Shown here piece by piece: positions 26,800-40,859 of a stretch of 64,000 nt of DNA. The stretch comes from the human T2T-CHM13v2.0 reference genome, Homo sapiens, in assembly GCF_009914755.1 (NCBI RefSeq), contig NC_060942.1. The stretch is one strand, 5' to 3'. The number at the start of each line of letters is the position of its first letter. The first letter of the stretch is position 1. Both the position numbers and the translations under genes were made by a program. The notes beneath the pieces were generated by a model. The model was not told where the DNA came from and searched no databases. It worked only from the letters and a program-made list of their open reading frames with translations.

Positions 26800-28150
26800 C
26801 TAAGAGTTCATAACCACGACTTGGAGTGGTAAAATTGGGACGTAAATTCCTAACTTCTGGGTGATCCTAATAAACTCAAGCCATGAATTTAGTTTAAGGT
26901 GATTTTAGGCTGATGGCTGCAACATGTGCTTACAAAAACAGATGAAAGTGCTTTCTAGAGGAACGTATCTTCATCTCAGACCTTAAATGATCACAAAATT
27001 TTCCAAAGGAAATGAGCTATTATACTCAAGGAAATAAGATACCATAAGTGAGGACCAGGAGAAACAACAGTCATGAAGTATTTAAATTGGAATTACCAGA
27101 GATTTTTAAAAAATGTATATTTATATAAATAAAATATAGCATTAAATATTTAAAAAGATAAAAAATACTGAAGATGAGAAAAATTCGTAAAATAAAACTT
27201 ACAAAATAAAAATATAATTAAAATGAAAAACTTTATGAGAAATTTAACTGCAGATTAGACAAAAATGAAAGGAGAATTAGTTAAATAGAAATTAATTTGT
27301 AAGAAAAACATTTAGAATAGAGCACAGAGGGACTAACAGATATAAAATATGAAATAAAGTTTAACAGAGAAGGAAGACAGATTGAGAAAGCCTAACATTT
27401 ATCTAATATTCAAGAAGAAGACAGAGATCATGAATGAAATGGGACATTTGAGAAGACAGTAGCTATGAATTTTTCAGAATTTGTGAAAGATTGAATCTAA
27501 GGATTTAAAAAATCCTATTTAAAAAGTCCTATAAATTCCAAGCAGGATAAATAAAAACAGTTACACCTGTACACATCCTACTGAAACTATAGGATAATAA
27601 ATATAATAAGATATTTAAAGCTGTCAAGTTAAAAGAAAAGACAGATTATCTTAAAGGAGTTACTGTTGTGCTGGTAGTTGCATTCTCTATAATTATGGAA
27701 GCAAAAAGACAGTAGAATGATACATCTTCAATATACTGAAAAATACATATATTCTAAAATTGTATATGCATTAACGTCCAAAAATCAGAATGAAACATAT
27801 GTTATTTTCACACAAACAAATAAACAAACAAAACAAAAACAGAAGAAGCTGGCCACTGACAGGCCTTCATTAAAGGAAATAATGAAGGATGTACTTCAGA
27901 CTTTCTTCCTGAATTAAGATGTAAGTAAAAATAAAGGGCAAAGGAAAAATATGTGGAAAAATATACAGAAAAACTATAATAAAAGTAATATTGTTGCAGG
28001 ATAAAAAGTTACAATTAAAATATGATGTTAGGAGTGGCGTTCAAAGTTCTATTGTGAGGAAGACTATGGATATTGATAACATTAGACTGTATACGTTACA
28101 TATAAATGTCATAAGTTTTAGGATAACCTGGAAAATAATTGAAGCAGAAT
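26800..28150 (+). mobile_element. Very old L1/HAL1-like ORF1-region remnant
   Basis: A-rich degenerate ORF1-like text 'ttaactgcagattagac', 'atttgagaagacagtagctatgaatttttcagaatt', 'cagcaggataaataaaa'. Confidence 0.6.
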
Positions 28151-28484
28151 AAGCTTTCTCTTTGAAAGTGCTCAGGCAGCACAGTGTTATGGACAGAAAG
28201 GAGTCAAAAAAACAAATGTGTTCATCTTGTATCTGTTAAGTCTATGAGGATGAATTGAGCTAATTACCTGAACACACATTATGATGTAGCATTAAAATAT
28301 GTTAACTTGCTATTATTAAGATAATAATTTTAACAATGGTGAAGCTAGCCCAATGTTCTCCTCAGGACTGATCAGCACACTAAGGATTTCTCAACAGTTT
28401 TCTTGTGCTCTATGAGCTCTTATTATAGTTAGAGGCACATTCTTTGTTATCAGGATATTGCAGTACGGCTGCCTCTAGATGCTA

Positions 28485-28563
28485 TTCGATTGGTGCAAAA
28501 GTAATAGCCATTTTCACCATTACTTTTAATGACAAAACCGCATTTACTTTTGCACCAAACTAA
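28485..28563. mobile_element. MADE1 mariner MITE (palindromic)
   Basis: 'ttggtgcaaaagtaat...ttacttttgcacca' terminal inverted repeats, about 80 bp, TA on both sides. Confidence 0.92.
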
Positions 28564-29437
28564 TAGTTGCAATCTAGGATGAGATATAGTAATTTTCTTT
28601 TCCAGCTCTGGTCATTAACAAAAGAAATAAAGAAAAATAAGTATGATCCAAAGCATTTGGTATTAGGCATATAGTGACCTCATAAGTTGGGATGTACACA
28701 CATACACACATGCACACACACACAAACACACACAGACACATATCTTCATTTATTTAGCTCAAAGGAACGTTTTTCAGATTTCTGAAGCTTTTTCTTCTTA
28801 CTTCCCTCATTTATAATATTCTGTCCTGTAAATTCAAGCCAATCCACCTTCCAAGCCCTCTGACGTTTGTATATTCAACTTACTAAGACTACTACTACTT
28901 TCTTGGGGTTCCCCTTCTTGCACCAAGGTTTTAAAAGGGCCTCTAAGGAGAAAGAAAGGGTAATGATATGGCTCAACTTATTTTTTCCAGTTCTTAAAAA
29001 ATAATTTATGGTTCTATGCTGCCTGTTGTCTGGTGTCTGAAAACAGTTATTTTATATTTTGTATCTACTTATCTAGTTGCTTAAGGTGGATGGACAATTA
29101 TAGTACCAGTTCTTTCATGGCCAGAGCAGAATTTTCTTTATACTATTTTTATCCTCCTGATTTATTTAAAATGGGTGACTTTCCTTTTTATAATTATCTT
29201 TCATGCCTATATCTACTTATAAAGCACATGGCATGCAATAAGGACTAAGTAAACATTGATGAACAATTACATTAATGAGTAAACAAATATCTTATAAAAC
29301 ACATTTGGCCTAATGACCATAATAGCTATAATTTATTCACTTGTTATACTATGTGCCAGGCATTGTGCTAAGCAGTTTTTATTTATTATATTATTTATTT
29401 CATATGACTATCACATAAAATATTTATCGCTATACAC

Positions 29438-29665
29438 CAGAGATCTGCAAATGAAGCCCATAGACCAAATTTGATTCATCACCTCCTTTTGTATTTAAAG
29501 TTCTACTGAATCACAGCCACACTGGTTGTTTACATATTGTGTGTGGCTTCTTTCATATCACAATTGTAGAGCTAAGTAGTTGCAAGAGAGAGTATGTAAC
29601 CTAGAAAATTTTTCTACTAAATAGCTTATTTAGTATCTGGTCCTTTACAGAAAAATCTTTCCACA
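29438..29665. mobile_element. MER58A hAT-Charlie element, apparently inside a MIR
   Basis: 'cacagccacactggttgtttacatattg', 'tatctggtcctttacagaaaa'. Confidence 0.75.
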
Positions 29666-29990
29666 AAAGATGAATGAAGCTTAGAAAGATTATTTCATTA
29701 GAAGAAAATTACAGCTTTGCCATATACTAAAAGTCCTCTCATTAATTCCTGTACTCCATGACTTAAGACAAAATAATTCTCTTTGGACTTTGGTTCAAGG
29801 TACAACAAATGTGGAAATGTTAAACTCAAAGAATCGCGAACTCCTGAAATAATAGATACAATTTTGTCTCTTCCCTAGAAAGGGTTTTAAAAGATTTTCC
29901 TTCATTCTACTTTTGTTCTTTCTAGATTCATCTATTTTTCTTTCTGAGAAGCCTTCTCTGACTACTCACGCACAAATGAACTTTTCTTAA

Positions 29991-30333
<343 letters not shown>

Positions 30334-30500
30334 CTCAATCTAAATCTTAATTGAAACCTAGTAAGGTTATATGTGTATAACCTCACCTCAAGAAGTCAAA
30401 ACTCTTTCTCTCATTCATCTGTGTCCCCATAGTATATACTGAACCTCATGGTTATAGCATATTAAGTCGCTGAGAAACATGCATACAGACTGTTAACCAT

Positions 30501-31121
30501 TGTGTTATTTAATGTCAGGTGTCAACTTGACTGGATTAAGGAATACCTGGAGAGCTGGTAAAGCATTATTTCTGGGTGCACCTGTGAGAATGTTTCCAAA
30601 TGAGATTGGCATGTCAGTCCATGGACGGAGTGGAAAAGATTACCCTAAATGAAGGCAGGCACCAACTAATCTGCTTTGGACCCAGATAGAACCAAAAGAC
30701 AGAGGAAAGGTGAATTCTTCCTGTTTCTCTGTCTTCTGAAGTTGTGAAACCTTTCTTGCCCTGATTTTGGATATCAGAACTCCAGGACATGTGGCCTTTG
30801 GAGTCCAAGACTCACACCAGTAGCTTCTGGATTCTCAGGCCTTTGGCCTGGGACTGAGAGTTGCATCATCACCTCCTGGGTCTGAGGCTTCTGGACTTGG
30901 TCTGAGCCACACTCCAAGCATCCCAGAGTCCCCAGCTTGCAGATAGCCTCTTGCGGGATTTTTCAGCGTTCATAATTGTGTAAGACAATTCCCCTAGTAA
31001 ATCCCCTGTTATCTATATCTATATCTGTATCTATATCTGTATCTGTGTCATCTATCTATCCATCTTTCTATTTGTCTATCTCCTATTGTTTTTCTCTCTC
31101 TGAAGAACACTAATTAATTCA
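30501..31121 (+). mobile_element. MLT2B-like solo LTR (ERVL)
   Basis: 'tgtcaacttgactggattaaggaatacc', internal (tatc)n stretch, TG...CA ends, 5-bp TSD accat. Confidence 0.9.
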
Positions 31122-34100
31122 ACCATCAATAAAAAATGTTGATTAAGTACATCCAATAATTTAGGACTATTGATAGGTAGTAGTAATATAGTATTGAGGA
31201 GGATAGGCATTGTTTCTCCATTTGTGGGACTTATTGTTGAATAGAAAAGAAAGGCATTAAACAAGTAAGTAAATTCAGAATTAAAGAAAGTTGAGCCTAT
31301 TTATTTTCTCAGTAGCTTCCATCTATGGTAGACGCACCAATGTCTCTTTCATCCCATTCCAAACTTTACCCCCAACTATCTTCAACCAAGCAGTCTGCCT
31401 TGAAATATGACTCCCTCACTCTCAAAAACAACAAATTTTCTTTTCTTTTCAATAGTAAGTCTGCCCTCAACAATATAAATCAAGCTTGCTTCACCCACTT
31501 CCCCAATTCTCCACTTTATCAATTTTTAAAATCAGCAGATAACAAGTTTAGAAACGTATGTGAGCAAAAATGAAATTTACTTTGATAAGAGAAAGAAGAA
31601 GGCTGTTAATAACCACACATTAATTATTTTACTCTGTTTTAAATATTAAATAATCATGAATGTGTTTATCATTACAAATAAAGAGTAAAGAATATTTGTA
31701 AATGAATAACGTGTAGCTCCTACACTAGTCTCATGGTCACAAAATACTCACTGTAATAAGGAGTGCTTGATGAAGAGAGAAGAAAGGTTTAAATGTTGAA
31801 CAAACCAGTGAGTTTAAGATCTGAGGCTAGATGTGTGAATGTATTTTTAATATAATAAGTAATAATTCAAGTCATGAGAATGCATGTAATATTGTAAGAA
31901 TAAAATGTGTAATGAGAAGGAAGAAGGCTTAGAGAAAGCATCAAGGAATTCCAGTATCTCATATTTGGGTGGAAGAGAATAACATAGCAGCAAAAACTAA
32001 GAATAGTCAGAGATATGTGAACAAATAAGTATAAGTTCGTGGAAATCAAAGGGAAGAGTAGTCAGTAAGGGAGGGTGCATCTGTACAAGTGCAATTGTGT
32101 ATGTAGAGAAAACATCATATAACACTCAATACTATCACCCACACATACATCTTCCCTCTTTTTTCAGTTTGGTTCTATATTTTCTTTACACAAAATCACA
32201 GGATTAGGTAAAATTGGAAGAAACATATTAATAATTATTGTCTTTATACATCACTATTTATTAAAGAAACAAATGAAAGAATATTTTATAGGTGAGGCAT
32301 CTGAAAGAGAGGTGAAAACATCAGTCAAGTGAGTTATACCAAAAGAAAAGTGAAATAGAAATTTCAGAACCTCAAAGAGAAAGACTAGCTGTTTTGTATC
32401 ATAAACATAGTATTTGGTCAAACAAATTTATGTTCTAGTTAATGATGGTAATTATGATGTTGAAGAATTTTTTGACAGTATAGTGGTTAGAAAGGAGAGA
32501 CTGATATGAACTCAGGTTTGTCTACACAGAAACACACATGCAAACTATTTTGGTCTCTACTTCTAAATAATCCATAGATAATAGCAACATCTACATTATA
32601 TATACTTAATAAAATCTTGGGCATTAAATTTTTAACTTTGGTCATCTGGCAGAGTCCATGGCACTTCTTTTGGTAATACCATTGTATCTTATGAACTACC
32701 TATCAGAAACTGAGTATATTACACTTACGCATAAAAATAACATTTTTTTCATTAGATTACATTAGTAATCAGCTACTGGGAGGATCAGCAATTTTCAATG
32801 TTGGCTTCTTATTATTTCATTTTACTTATTTACTTGCTTTTTGGTACTAGGATGAACTATGACAGACATTAAATATTTAACTAAGATTTATAGGAGAAAA
32901 ATGGAATCTTGAAAAATTACTGTTAACTGACTCATTTTTGAAAACTAATAAAACCTGCTAATATTAAATTTGGTGGGAGAACATCTGGCTTTAGTTTTTA
33001 CAGCAAGAGATTTTCTATGGAATTGCAGCTTGAATAGCATTGAACAAATAACATATTTGTATTTTCAGTTTAGTATTCGCACAGCTGGAGATACTCTCTT
33101 CTTGTGTACCCAAAGATAGGATCCCTTTGTGATACAAAAAGAGAAGAAAGTCAGGGATTCAGCTTCCCCAGTGTTCTACTAGGTGGTTTTCTGCAGATAG
33201 ATTTCCCAACTCGCTGCCCTGAATAGTGAACAATTTAAACAATTGCCCCAAATCTGAACTGAGGGGAAGGGGAAGAGTGTAATGTATTGATCTCTTGGCC
33301 TGACTTTGTGAACTTTTCACACTTCACCAAGAAGAAAGACACCATTTTCTCACCCTTCTCTTCTAGCAATCTTTTCTTCTAGCAGTGTTTTAAGATTTAC
33401 TTCATGCAGGGTACCTGTCCCTCTCTTTTTCAGGTATGCATCAGCCTTCCCTACAAAATAATCAGTATAAAAGTTCACATGACTAAAATGGCAAGGCCTA
33501 TCATCTTAGTCCCTTCTTGTGTTTTGTAAGTTTTATACATTCAGGTGTCAACTGTACATTTTGTTTAGCTTCTGCTGGCCGCAAAGAAAATTCTATTATC
33601 TCTGTCCCCTTAGTTCGTCATCATTCCTAGGACTGAGTGGGGATGGTGGTGAATGTTAGTTTCTAAAGGAAGTTTTACTCAGTGATTTGAATATGTGTTA
33701 CCTTTTCTCTAGGAGAATACAATATAAATATAACGTGAAAAATTGGTTGTGCATAAATGTTGGTGATTGTCTAGTAAAATAAAAAAACTGAGAACTACTC
33801 ATTTAATCCTTCATTGTTCAAAAGCAATGTGGATAGCATCTGGTGGTTAGGCTGAACACATTAATTATACAGTCTTAGCTGATATTAGTCCATTTCTACC
33901 TGGTCTTCAACCTCCCCACTCATTGCATTCTAATTCTGTGATAGAATGACAATAATAATAAGGTATGCTAAAGGTGTTCAGAGAAGGAAGTAGTAACAAA
34001 AAAAATGGAAGTTTTAGAAAAAGATGAATTTTAGCTCATTCTTAAGAAATTCAGAGAGACACACAGTAGGAAGGAGGCCATTCAATGAGAAGATAATAGC

Positions 34101-37100
34101 ACAATGATTTTCAAGTAGGTATAATGTGGTGTTATTTCGTGATAGTGACATAAGACCGAGGCTTCAGTTTAGAATATCTGAAGATTTAGAGTGAGACCAG
34201 ATGACAGAGAGGTTGCAAAGGCAGGCATGTTTTTGGTTTGATGTCAGGTGGATAAGGTAGACAATCACTGTGTTCTTGTAAGCAATGGAATGAAAATTAA
34301 AGTTGTGTTTAAAGAAGAGTAGCTGTTTTCTATGCCTCCCTTAGAGGCTGAAGATTTATTTATTTTATGTTTTAATTATTTATGTATTTCTGTTTTCATA
34401 ATTGATTTTGTAATTGTTTCAGATACCTACTTTGTTCCACTGTGTGAATGTCCATAAAAATCTGCAGTATGGATCAGTGGGGTTTCCTTGATGGAACTAC
34501 TGGAGGTAGCATTTATAGATGCCTCCCAGCAGCTTTAGTGATTGTTGCCAAGAACAAGGTCAGCCATTCCCCCACATCAGCCACAGGCAGGCCAGAAAGG
34601 TAAACTGTGCTGGTCTTAGGAAGATCTAGTTTCTTCAGTCTGCATTACTAGTAAAGCAAAAACTTCTGTGCCAATTCTGAACTGAATTAATTAGTTGAAG
34701 ACCAATCTTAGGTGAACTTTTCTTTCCTTCCGTCTGTGTCATTTTTTTTCTCACAATAGTGCATGTGGTGAGACCCTCGGGGAGCAATAAGACACTTGGA
34801 TAAGCCAGTTGTAGATTAAATATAGACTCCCTGTGGCAACTCTTATCTCCTGCCTTCCCTCCTGCTTGCAAAGATGCAGAGACAGGATTATTGCCACAGC
34901 TGCGCTTCCTAGAAGACTAATCAATGCAGCTATAAGAAGGACTGAAATGCAGCAAGATTTTCAATTCTAAGGATAAAATTTGTAAAAAATGAGGAAGAAA
35001 ACTGTTCTGAAAGTTATAGTGCTGTTAAATCCTAACACCCATTAAACATAGAAAGTACGTCTACAAAAATTGGGCCATTGTCCTATTTTAGGTGCTTATT
35101 AAGCTGGGATTGGTAAGACCTGTCTACAGGAAAGAGAAAAATGAAGTCAAGTTCCCAGAGATTAATTATTTACCAGAACCTGGTTTATTTATGCAAAATT
35201 GGATTTGAGGGATGATCATAGTCAGAAACCACAGATGTACCACCTCAGATATCAAATTCACCTTTGCTTCTTCATTAACTTCTGGTTAAGTCTTGCTGTC
35301 ATGGAACCATATAGGACAAATCTTGAATTAGACGAGGAACAAAATCATAAAAATAAGTATCAAAAATGAAAAGGGAAGCATGAGAAGGACAGAGCCTAAA
35401 TCTCTTATCTAGTAGTAATTAGTATTCTACCCTGTAGAAGGTGGTTGCCACTATCCATCTTTAGGGTTTGGAATTCTGATCCTATTATCCGACAGCATTC
35501 CCCACTCCTTGGCAACATGAAATTAGGCCATCCTAGAGTGAGGGGAGTGCCAGAAATTTGGTGATATTATGCACATGGGCAACAAGTTACCCAGTTTGCT
35601 CTTCTAGTCCATGCCAGTCAATCAACAGATATTGAGTACCTCCATGTACCAGATACAATGCTGAACAAGCCAGACTTGGCCCTGTCTTCTGGGATGTTAC
35701 TCTATGGTTGAAAATGTACACATCATACCCATAATTAAAATTGCAATAATTCCAGTCCAAGAGAAGCAGAGGGTGCCACAATCTAAGGCTAGCAGAAATC
35801 CTGAACAATTAAGGTTGTTTTTAAGCTCCCTATCTGCCAGCTTTTGAAAAGGGTGAGCAGGCAAGTACCAGGTGAATTGGGCCAAAAAGAGATGAACACG
35901 GTGTGAACTCTGAAAAATGCAAGATGGGTCAGTGCACCTCCTGTGTGGAAATACATGGAATGAAGCAGACTGGAGTACTTAACTTGGTGAAGGAGTAATT
36001 AGAAAACTCTCTATCATCAGTGGTGTTTTTGAAACAGGCCTTTGCTTACTAGAAGATGTACAGGAGGGGATTGGGAGTTCTCATAGCCCATTCCCCAAAC
36101 TGCTCTCCCACTTTGCACAATTTGTCTTGATGTTATAACAGGAAACTATTTCTGCCTTGCTATGGTTAGGGTATGCTGATAAAAATGTGTAGCATGTATC
36201 TTAGCAAAAGTTTCTCAGTGAATTTAGGATCCCATTGGTTTTAATAGAAATATATGCATTCAGGGTTTTTTCAATTTAATGAAAGACATTAATGAGAAGT
36301 ATAATGTTTTGTACACTTAGTAAAAGACATTAATGAGGAGGAAGTGATTCATTATGACACTGTTCTGTACCCAAAGAATGCCATGTGAAGGTTGTTCTCT
36401 GGGTGACAAAACAAGGCACACAGTTATTTTAATGGCCATATTAAAATAGCACAAGGGAAGAATATTGAACAGAGTATCCTTAGAAGATAAGTTGTTTGTT
36501 TAAATTTTCACTCGGTGTTTAGAAAACATCAGTTTATTTTTTTCTTTCCCTCTCTCTTGATTAAACAGTCAGTTTTTATCCTTCCCCATGGCCTAGCTAT
36601 TATTTCTTCCTAAGTCTTAAATCTGACAATGAATCTACATATCAGTATGAACTAAAGTGATCCTGTTAAGATATTTTAAATCAAATCTGAGAGCCCTGGT
36701 AAGAAATTTGGATTTGCATTCTTCATATTTCTGAATCCTTCCTTTGTTGGTTGGTTTGTTTGTATCGTACAAATGTCAAAATTGGAAGAGTCAGAGACTT
36801 ATTACTGAATATGAGACCTCTTCTGAATTCCAGATTAGAAATTAAGTAAATAAAACTAACATATATAAAATAGAACAAAATTCACTCCTGGAGACCAATG
36901 ATCCTTTGTTTGTTGTTTTAAAACACAGCTCCTTGGGTCAAATTCATCTTATGAGGCATTAGTATAAAATTTGTACTGTAGACTATTCTAAAGACATGAG
37001 CAGGATTTGAATCACAGATAATTCTAGCCGATTGACATGGGAAACATGAACAAAGAATTATTCAGGGCTTACCTTGAAGCCCAACTGAATCAGGTCCTCC

Positions 37101-37361
37101 AGATCTCAAGAAGATTGTCTATATACTTGTATTACTATTTGTGATACAACATTCTAAAGAGTCTGAATACTAGAAAAGACAGCCTCCAATGACTTAATTC
37201 TGACTTACTGAGACTTAGCAAGGAGAGAAAGTATTATTTTTTTCTTTAATGCATGTATAGTGACAAGAATTCCTAAAAATTCTTAGAAATTTTATCATTG
37301 CAAGTTCTTCAAAGAAAATGAAGGATATCAAGTAGGTGGCCTCTCAACATATATTCTCTTT

Positions 37362-37364
<3 letters not shown>

Positions 37365-37413
<49 letters not shown>
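37365..37413. repeat. (AT)n microsatellite, about 24 units
   Basis: Pure run. Confidence 0.95.
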
Positions 37414-37418
<5 letters not shown>

Positions 37419-37675
37419 TATGTTAAGAAATAATTCACAATACTATAAAATTTACCATTTTAAAGTATATCATGCAGTTATTTTTAATACATTCACAGAG
37501 TTATGCTACCTTCAACACTATGTAATTTTTTGGAACTTTTTCACTGTCTCAGAAAAGAAAACTTGTACACATTATCAGTCACTCCTCATTCTCTTTTCCC
37601 CCCAGCCCTGGCAACAATTAATCTACTTTCTGTCTCTGTGAACTTGCTATTCTGGACATTTTATACACATTGAAT

Positions 37676-37724
<49 letters not shown>

Positions 37725-38150
37725 TCTTTTGCATCTAGTTTCTTTCATTTAAAATAAGATTTTCAAGGTTTGTCCATGTTGTAGCGTGAATCGGTACTTA
37801 ATTATTTTTATGGCTGTATGAGAATTTATTGTATGCACGACACAGTTTTCATTATCCTTTTTTTCATTATGTTTTTGTCACTTGAGTGACATTATCTTTT
37901 TGACATTTGAGTTGTTTTTATTCTTGGCTATTATGAATAATATGGGTATGAAAATATTTGTACACATTATTGCCTAACATATATTTTTATTTCCTTGGAT
38001 ATATTCCTAGGAGTGGAACTGCTTGGTCTTATGGAAACTCTATGTTTAATTTTTTGAGAAACTGCCAAAATGTTTTTCCAAGTAGCTACACAATTTTACT
38101 TCCCCATTAATAATGCATGAATGTTTTTATTTCTCTATAGCTTATTAAAC
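37414..38150 (-). mobile_element. L1MB-like 3' fragment containing (AT)22 at 37679-37722
   Basis: 'cccccagccctggcaacaattaatctactttctgtctct', 'cctaggagtggaactgc'. Confidence 0.85.
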
Positions 38151-38399
38151 TCTTTACATCCGAGTTTCAAAAAATTAGCCATCGTTTTCCAAAAAATATA
38201 TTTCTAAATCTGTACCTGATATTTCATCTTTCATCACCCCGCTTTCCAATATACCAACTCTTGGTTAATTCCAGTCTGTTCTGCATTTACCCTTCCTTCC
38301 TGTTACCCTACAAATGTGCTAAGGAGGTAAAAAGAGAAGAAAACAGGAAATTCTGACCCCTTTCCCAAACTCTCTGGCCTGAAGGATAAAGAAGTGCTT

Positions 38400-39120
38400 A
38401 TTCGATTTAGTTAATGGAATCACATCCATGTTATCTCATAATATATACATTTCCAAATAATTATCAAAATCTTCATCTTTCCCATAACCACTACTTTAGA
38501 AATTGAATTCTAAAAGTCCACCTTAGAAATATCTCCATCTCTTTCTTTCTAACTTCATTCTTCTTTCTTAGTTGAAGCTGTAATCTTCTTCTCCCTTGAC
38601 TATTGTAACATACTTGTAATTTTCTCTACCATCAGACTTTGATTTTCTCCAACTGGTTTTCTAAATTTCTTATAGAGTTAACTTCCTGAAGCACTTTCAA
38701 TAGTTTGTAATGATTAACAGGAAAATATCATAGCTCCTTACTTTAGCATACAAGGTCTTATATAATCCATCACAAAGTGACTTTTCTACAACCCCAGCAC
38801 CCTAGGAATCAACTTCATGAAACTTATGGATCACAAATGATGGCTCTTCTCTCACTCTTTCATTGTGTTTCTATAGGAATAAAGAGCATCATTTTCTGGG
38901 TTTCCATGGCGCTGTGGTCATTTCTCCATCACAGCTGCAAAGCAACTGATGTTGCAATTCATTTCAGCTTACCATCTTGTGTTGGATTTTTTTTTTTTCA
39001 GTTTGTATAATTGTCTTTCCCACCAGCCTATTTGTCAAGGGGAGAAACCATGTTTCATCAATGCTGTATTCCCCAACCCATAACTCCATGCCAACTCCAT
39101 GCTAGCACATACTCTATTAG
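38400..39120 (+). mobile_element. Degraded L2 fragments
   Basis: 'tcttctcccttgactattgtaaca', 'ttagcatacaaggtc'. Confidence 0.5.
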
Positions 39121-39135
39121 TTGGGGTTCAGCCAT

Positions 39136-39218
39136 ACAAAGTATCAGAGGAAGCCTAAAAGTAACCAGCCTTCACAAAGTGTCAGAGGAAGCCTGTGGGT
39201 AACCAGCCTTCACAAGGT
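39136..39218. repeat. 38-bp tandem duplication (about 2.2 copies)
   Basis: acaaagt(a/g)tcagaggaagcct....gtaaccagccttc repeated. Confidence 0.9.
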
Positions 39219-39452
39219 TGTTCTAGTGTCTAATGCTGGATTCTGAAGATTACGAGCAGCCCGGAACCCTATGAAGATAGCTAGAATCCACCAAAAAGCC
39301 TGAAAATTGTGTCCACTCTTGCTTCCTATGACCTTGGTGATGGTTATCCTGCAGAAACCAGGACTTTTAGTTATGTAGCTGAACACAAATATAACCGGCC
39401 CATGAGTCAGGGAAAATAAAGGAAGATCCAGAAACAATGGAGGGCAATTCTC

Positions 39453-40200
39453 TGTTAGTGTCTATTACTACGGAACTATACTTCCACAAACTAAGCAGCT
39501 TAATATACACATACTTAACCAAACACATAATTTATGTGGTTCAGGAGTCTTGACAGTTTACCTAGTTTCTCTGCTTCAGGATTTCACATGCTGCACACCA
39601 AGTATTGTCTAGTTCTGCAGTTTCATCTGGGGCTTGACTGTGGAAGGATGTACATCCTCACTCATGAGATTGTTGGGAGAATTTGGTTTCTTACTGTAGG
39701 ACAGAGGGCATCACTTTCTTGCTCATTGCCAACAGACAATGGTTGGCAATGTTCTCTAACCCCAGACAGTACCTTTCATACCTTGTCAATGGGCCACCAA
39801 CATAGTTGCTTGCTTTGTCAAGCCAGCAAGGGAGAGAGGGAGAGAGACTCTAGCAAAATGGGCACTATAATTTTATGTAACACAGTCTAGTAATCACATA
39901 CATGTAATCATGTCCATCCTATCACTCCGCCATATTCTATTTTTTAGAAGCAAATCACAGATCCTGTCCACTCTCACAGGGATTACACAAGCTCTTGAAC
40001 CCCAGGAGGCAGGAATCATTTGAGAGTGTGTCTGCTACAGTGTACCTTCTGGCCCTTAGTGATTCATGTCTCCCCATATTCAAAATGCATTGACACCCTC
40101 GCAAAGTCCCCAAGAGTCTTATCTTATGACAACATCTGCTTAAATTTCATAATTATATGATTTAAATCAGGTCCAGGTGAGGAGGATGTAGTGCCTCGCA
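39453..40200 (-). mobile_element. MLT1F/G-like LTR with adjoining internal fragment
   Basis: 'tcatctggggcttgactgtggaaggat', 'tagaagcaaatcacag', then internal-like 'gattcatgtctccccatattcaaaat'. Confidence 0.7.
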
Positions 40201-40859
40201 TGTACAAAGGCTTAATCCTGGCTTACTATTAGGTTGAACAGATTTTATGGATCACATGCAGAATTTTCTAAATATCTTTGATGAGCCTTAAAGGTGATTA
40301 TGAGTATTTCATCTACTTAACTTTGAGCTCCTGGTGGTGAGACCCTTTGTACTACATGTTGGTATCTTCAGTAATTTACCCAATGACTTGCAGATAGTAG
40401 TGATTCATAGAGAATGTTGATCGACAGACCGTACTTAGATAGCTATTTGCTGATCATAGTCAAAAGACACAGTTGACTTGGAAATTATAGCTATACTTCA
40501 TCAGTCCATTTTTTTTCTTTAATATTCTGATATATTTTCCTTGCTTGGTTGATGTCTGCTATTTACTAAATCTCTTCTCTGAAATTCAAATCCCAACCAA
40601 GGTTTAAATGATGAGAAAATATCATGCTCAGTTGATTTCTCAGAAGTGCTATTAAATTCTATATTTTGAAGTGTATTTTTCTGTTAAGGCTTTTGTGCCT
40701 TTTGCTAAAAGAAAGTTTCAAATTAGTGTGATTTTATATGAGAAATATCATTTTCAAGGTATGAGTTATCTTGTCCTGATTAGTTTACAAGTCAGGCCAG
40801 TTAAGCCAGGGTCTACAGATTAAGTATATCATATAGGCATGAGCTGCAGTCCTCACTTT

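Noticed and set aside
39136-39218. Repeat-spacer-like pattern suggesting CRISPR (also 55070-55225)
   Set aside because: Only two adjacent copies, no unique spacers, no cas genes, and primate genomic context.
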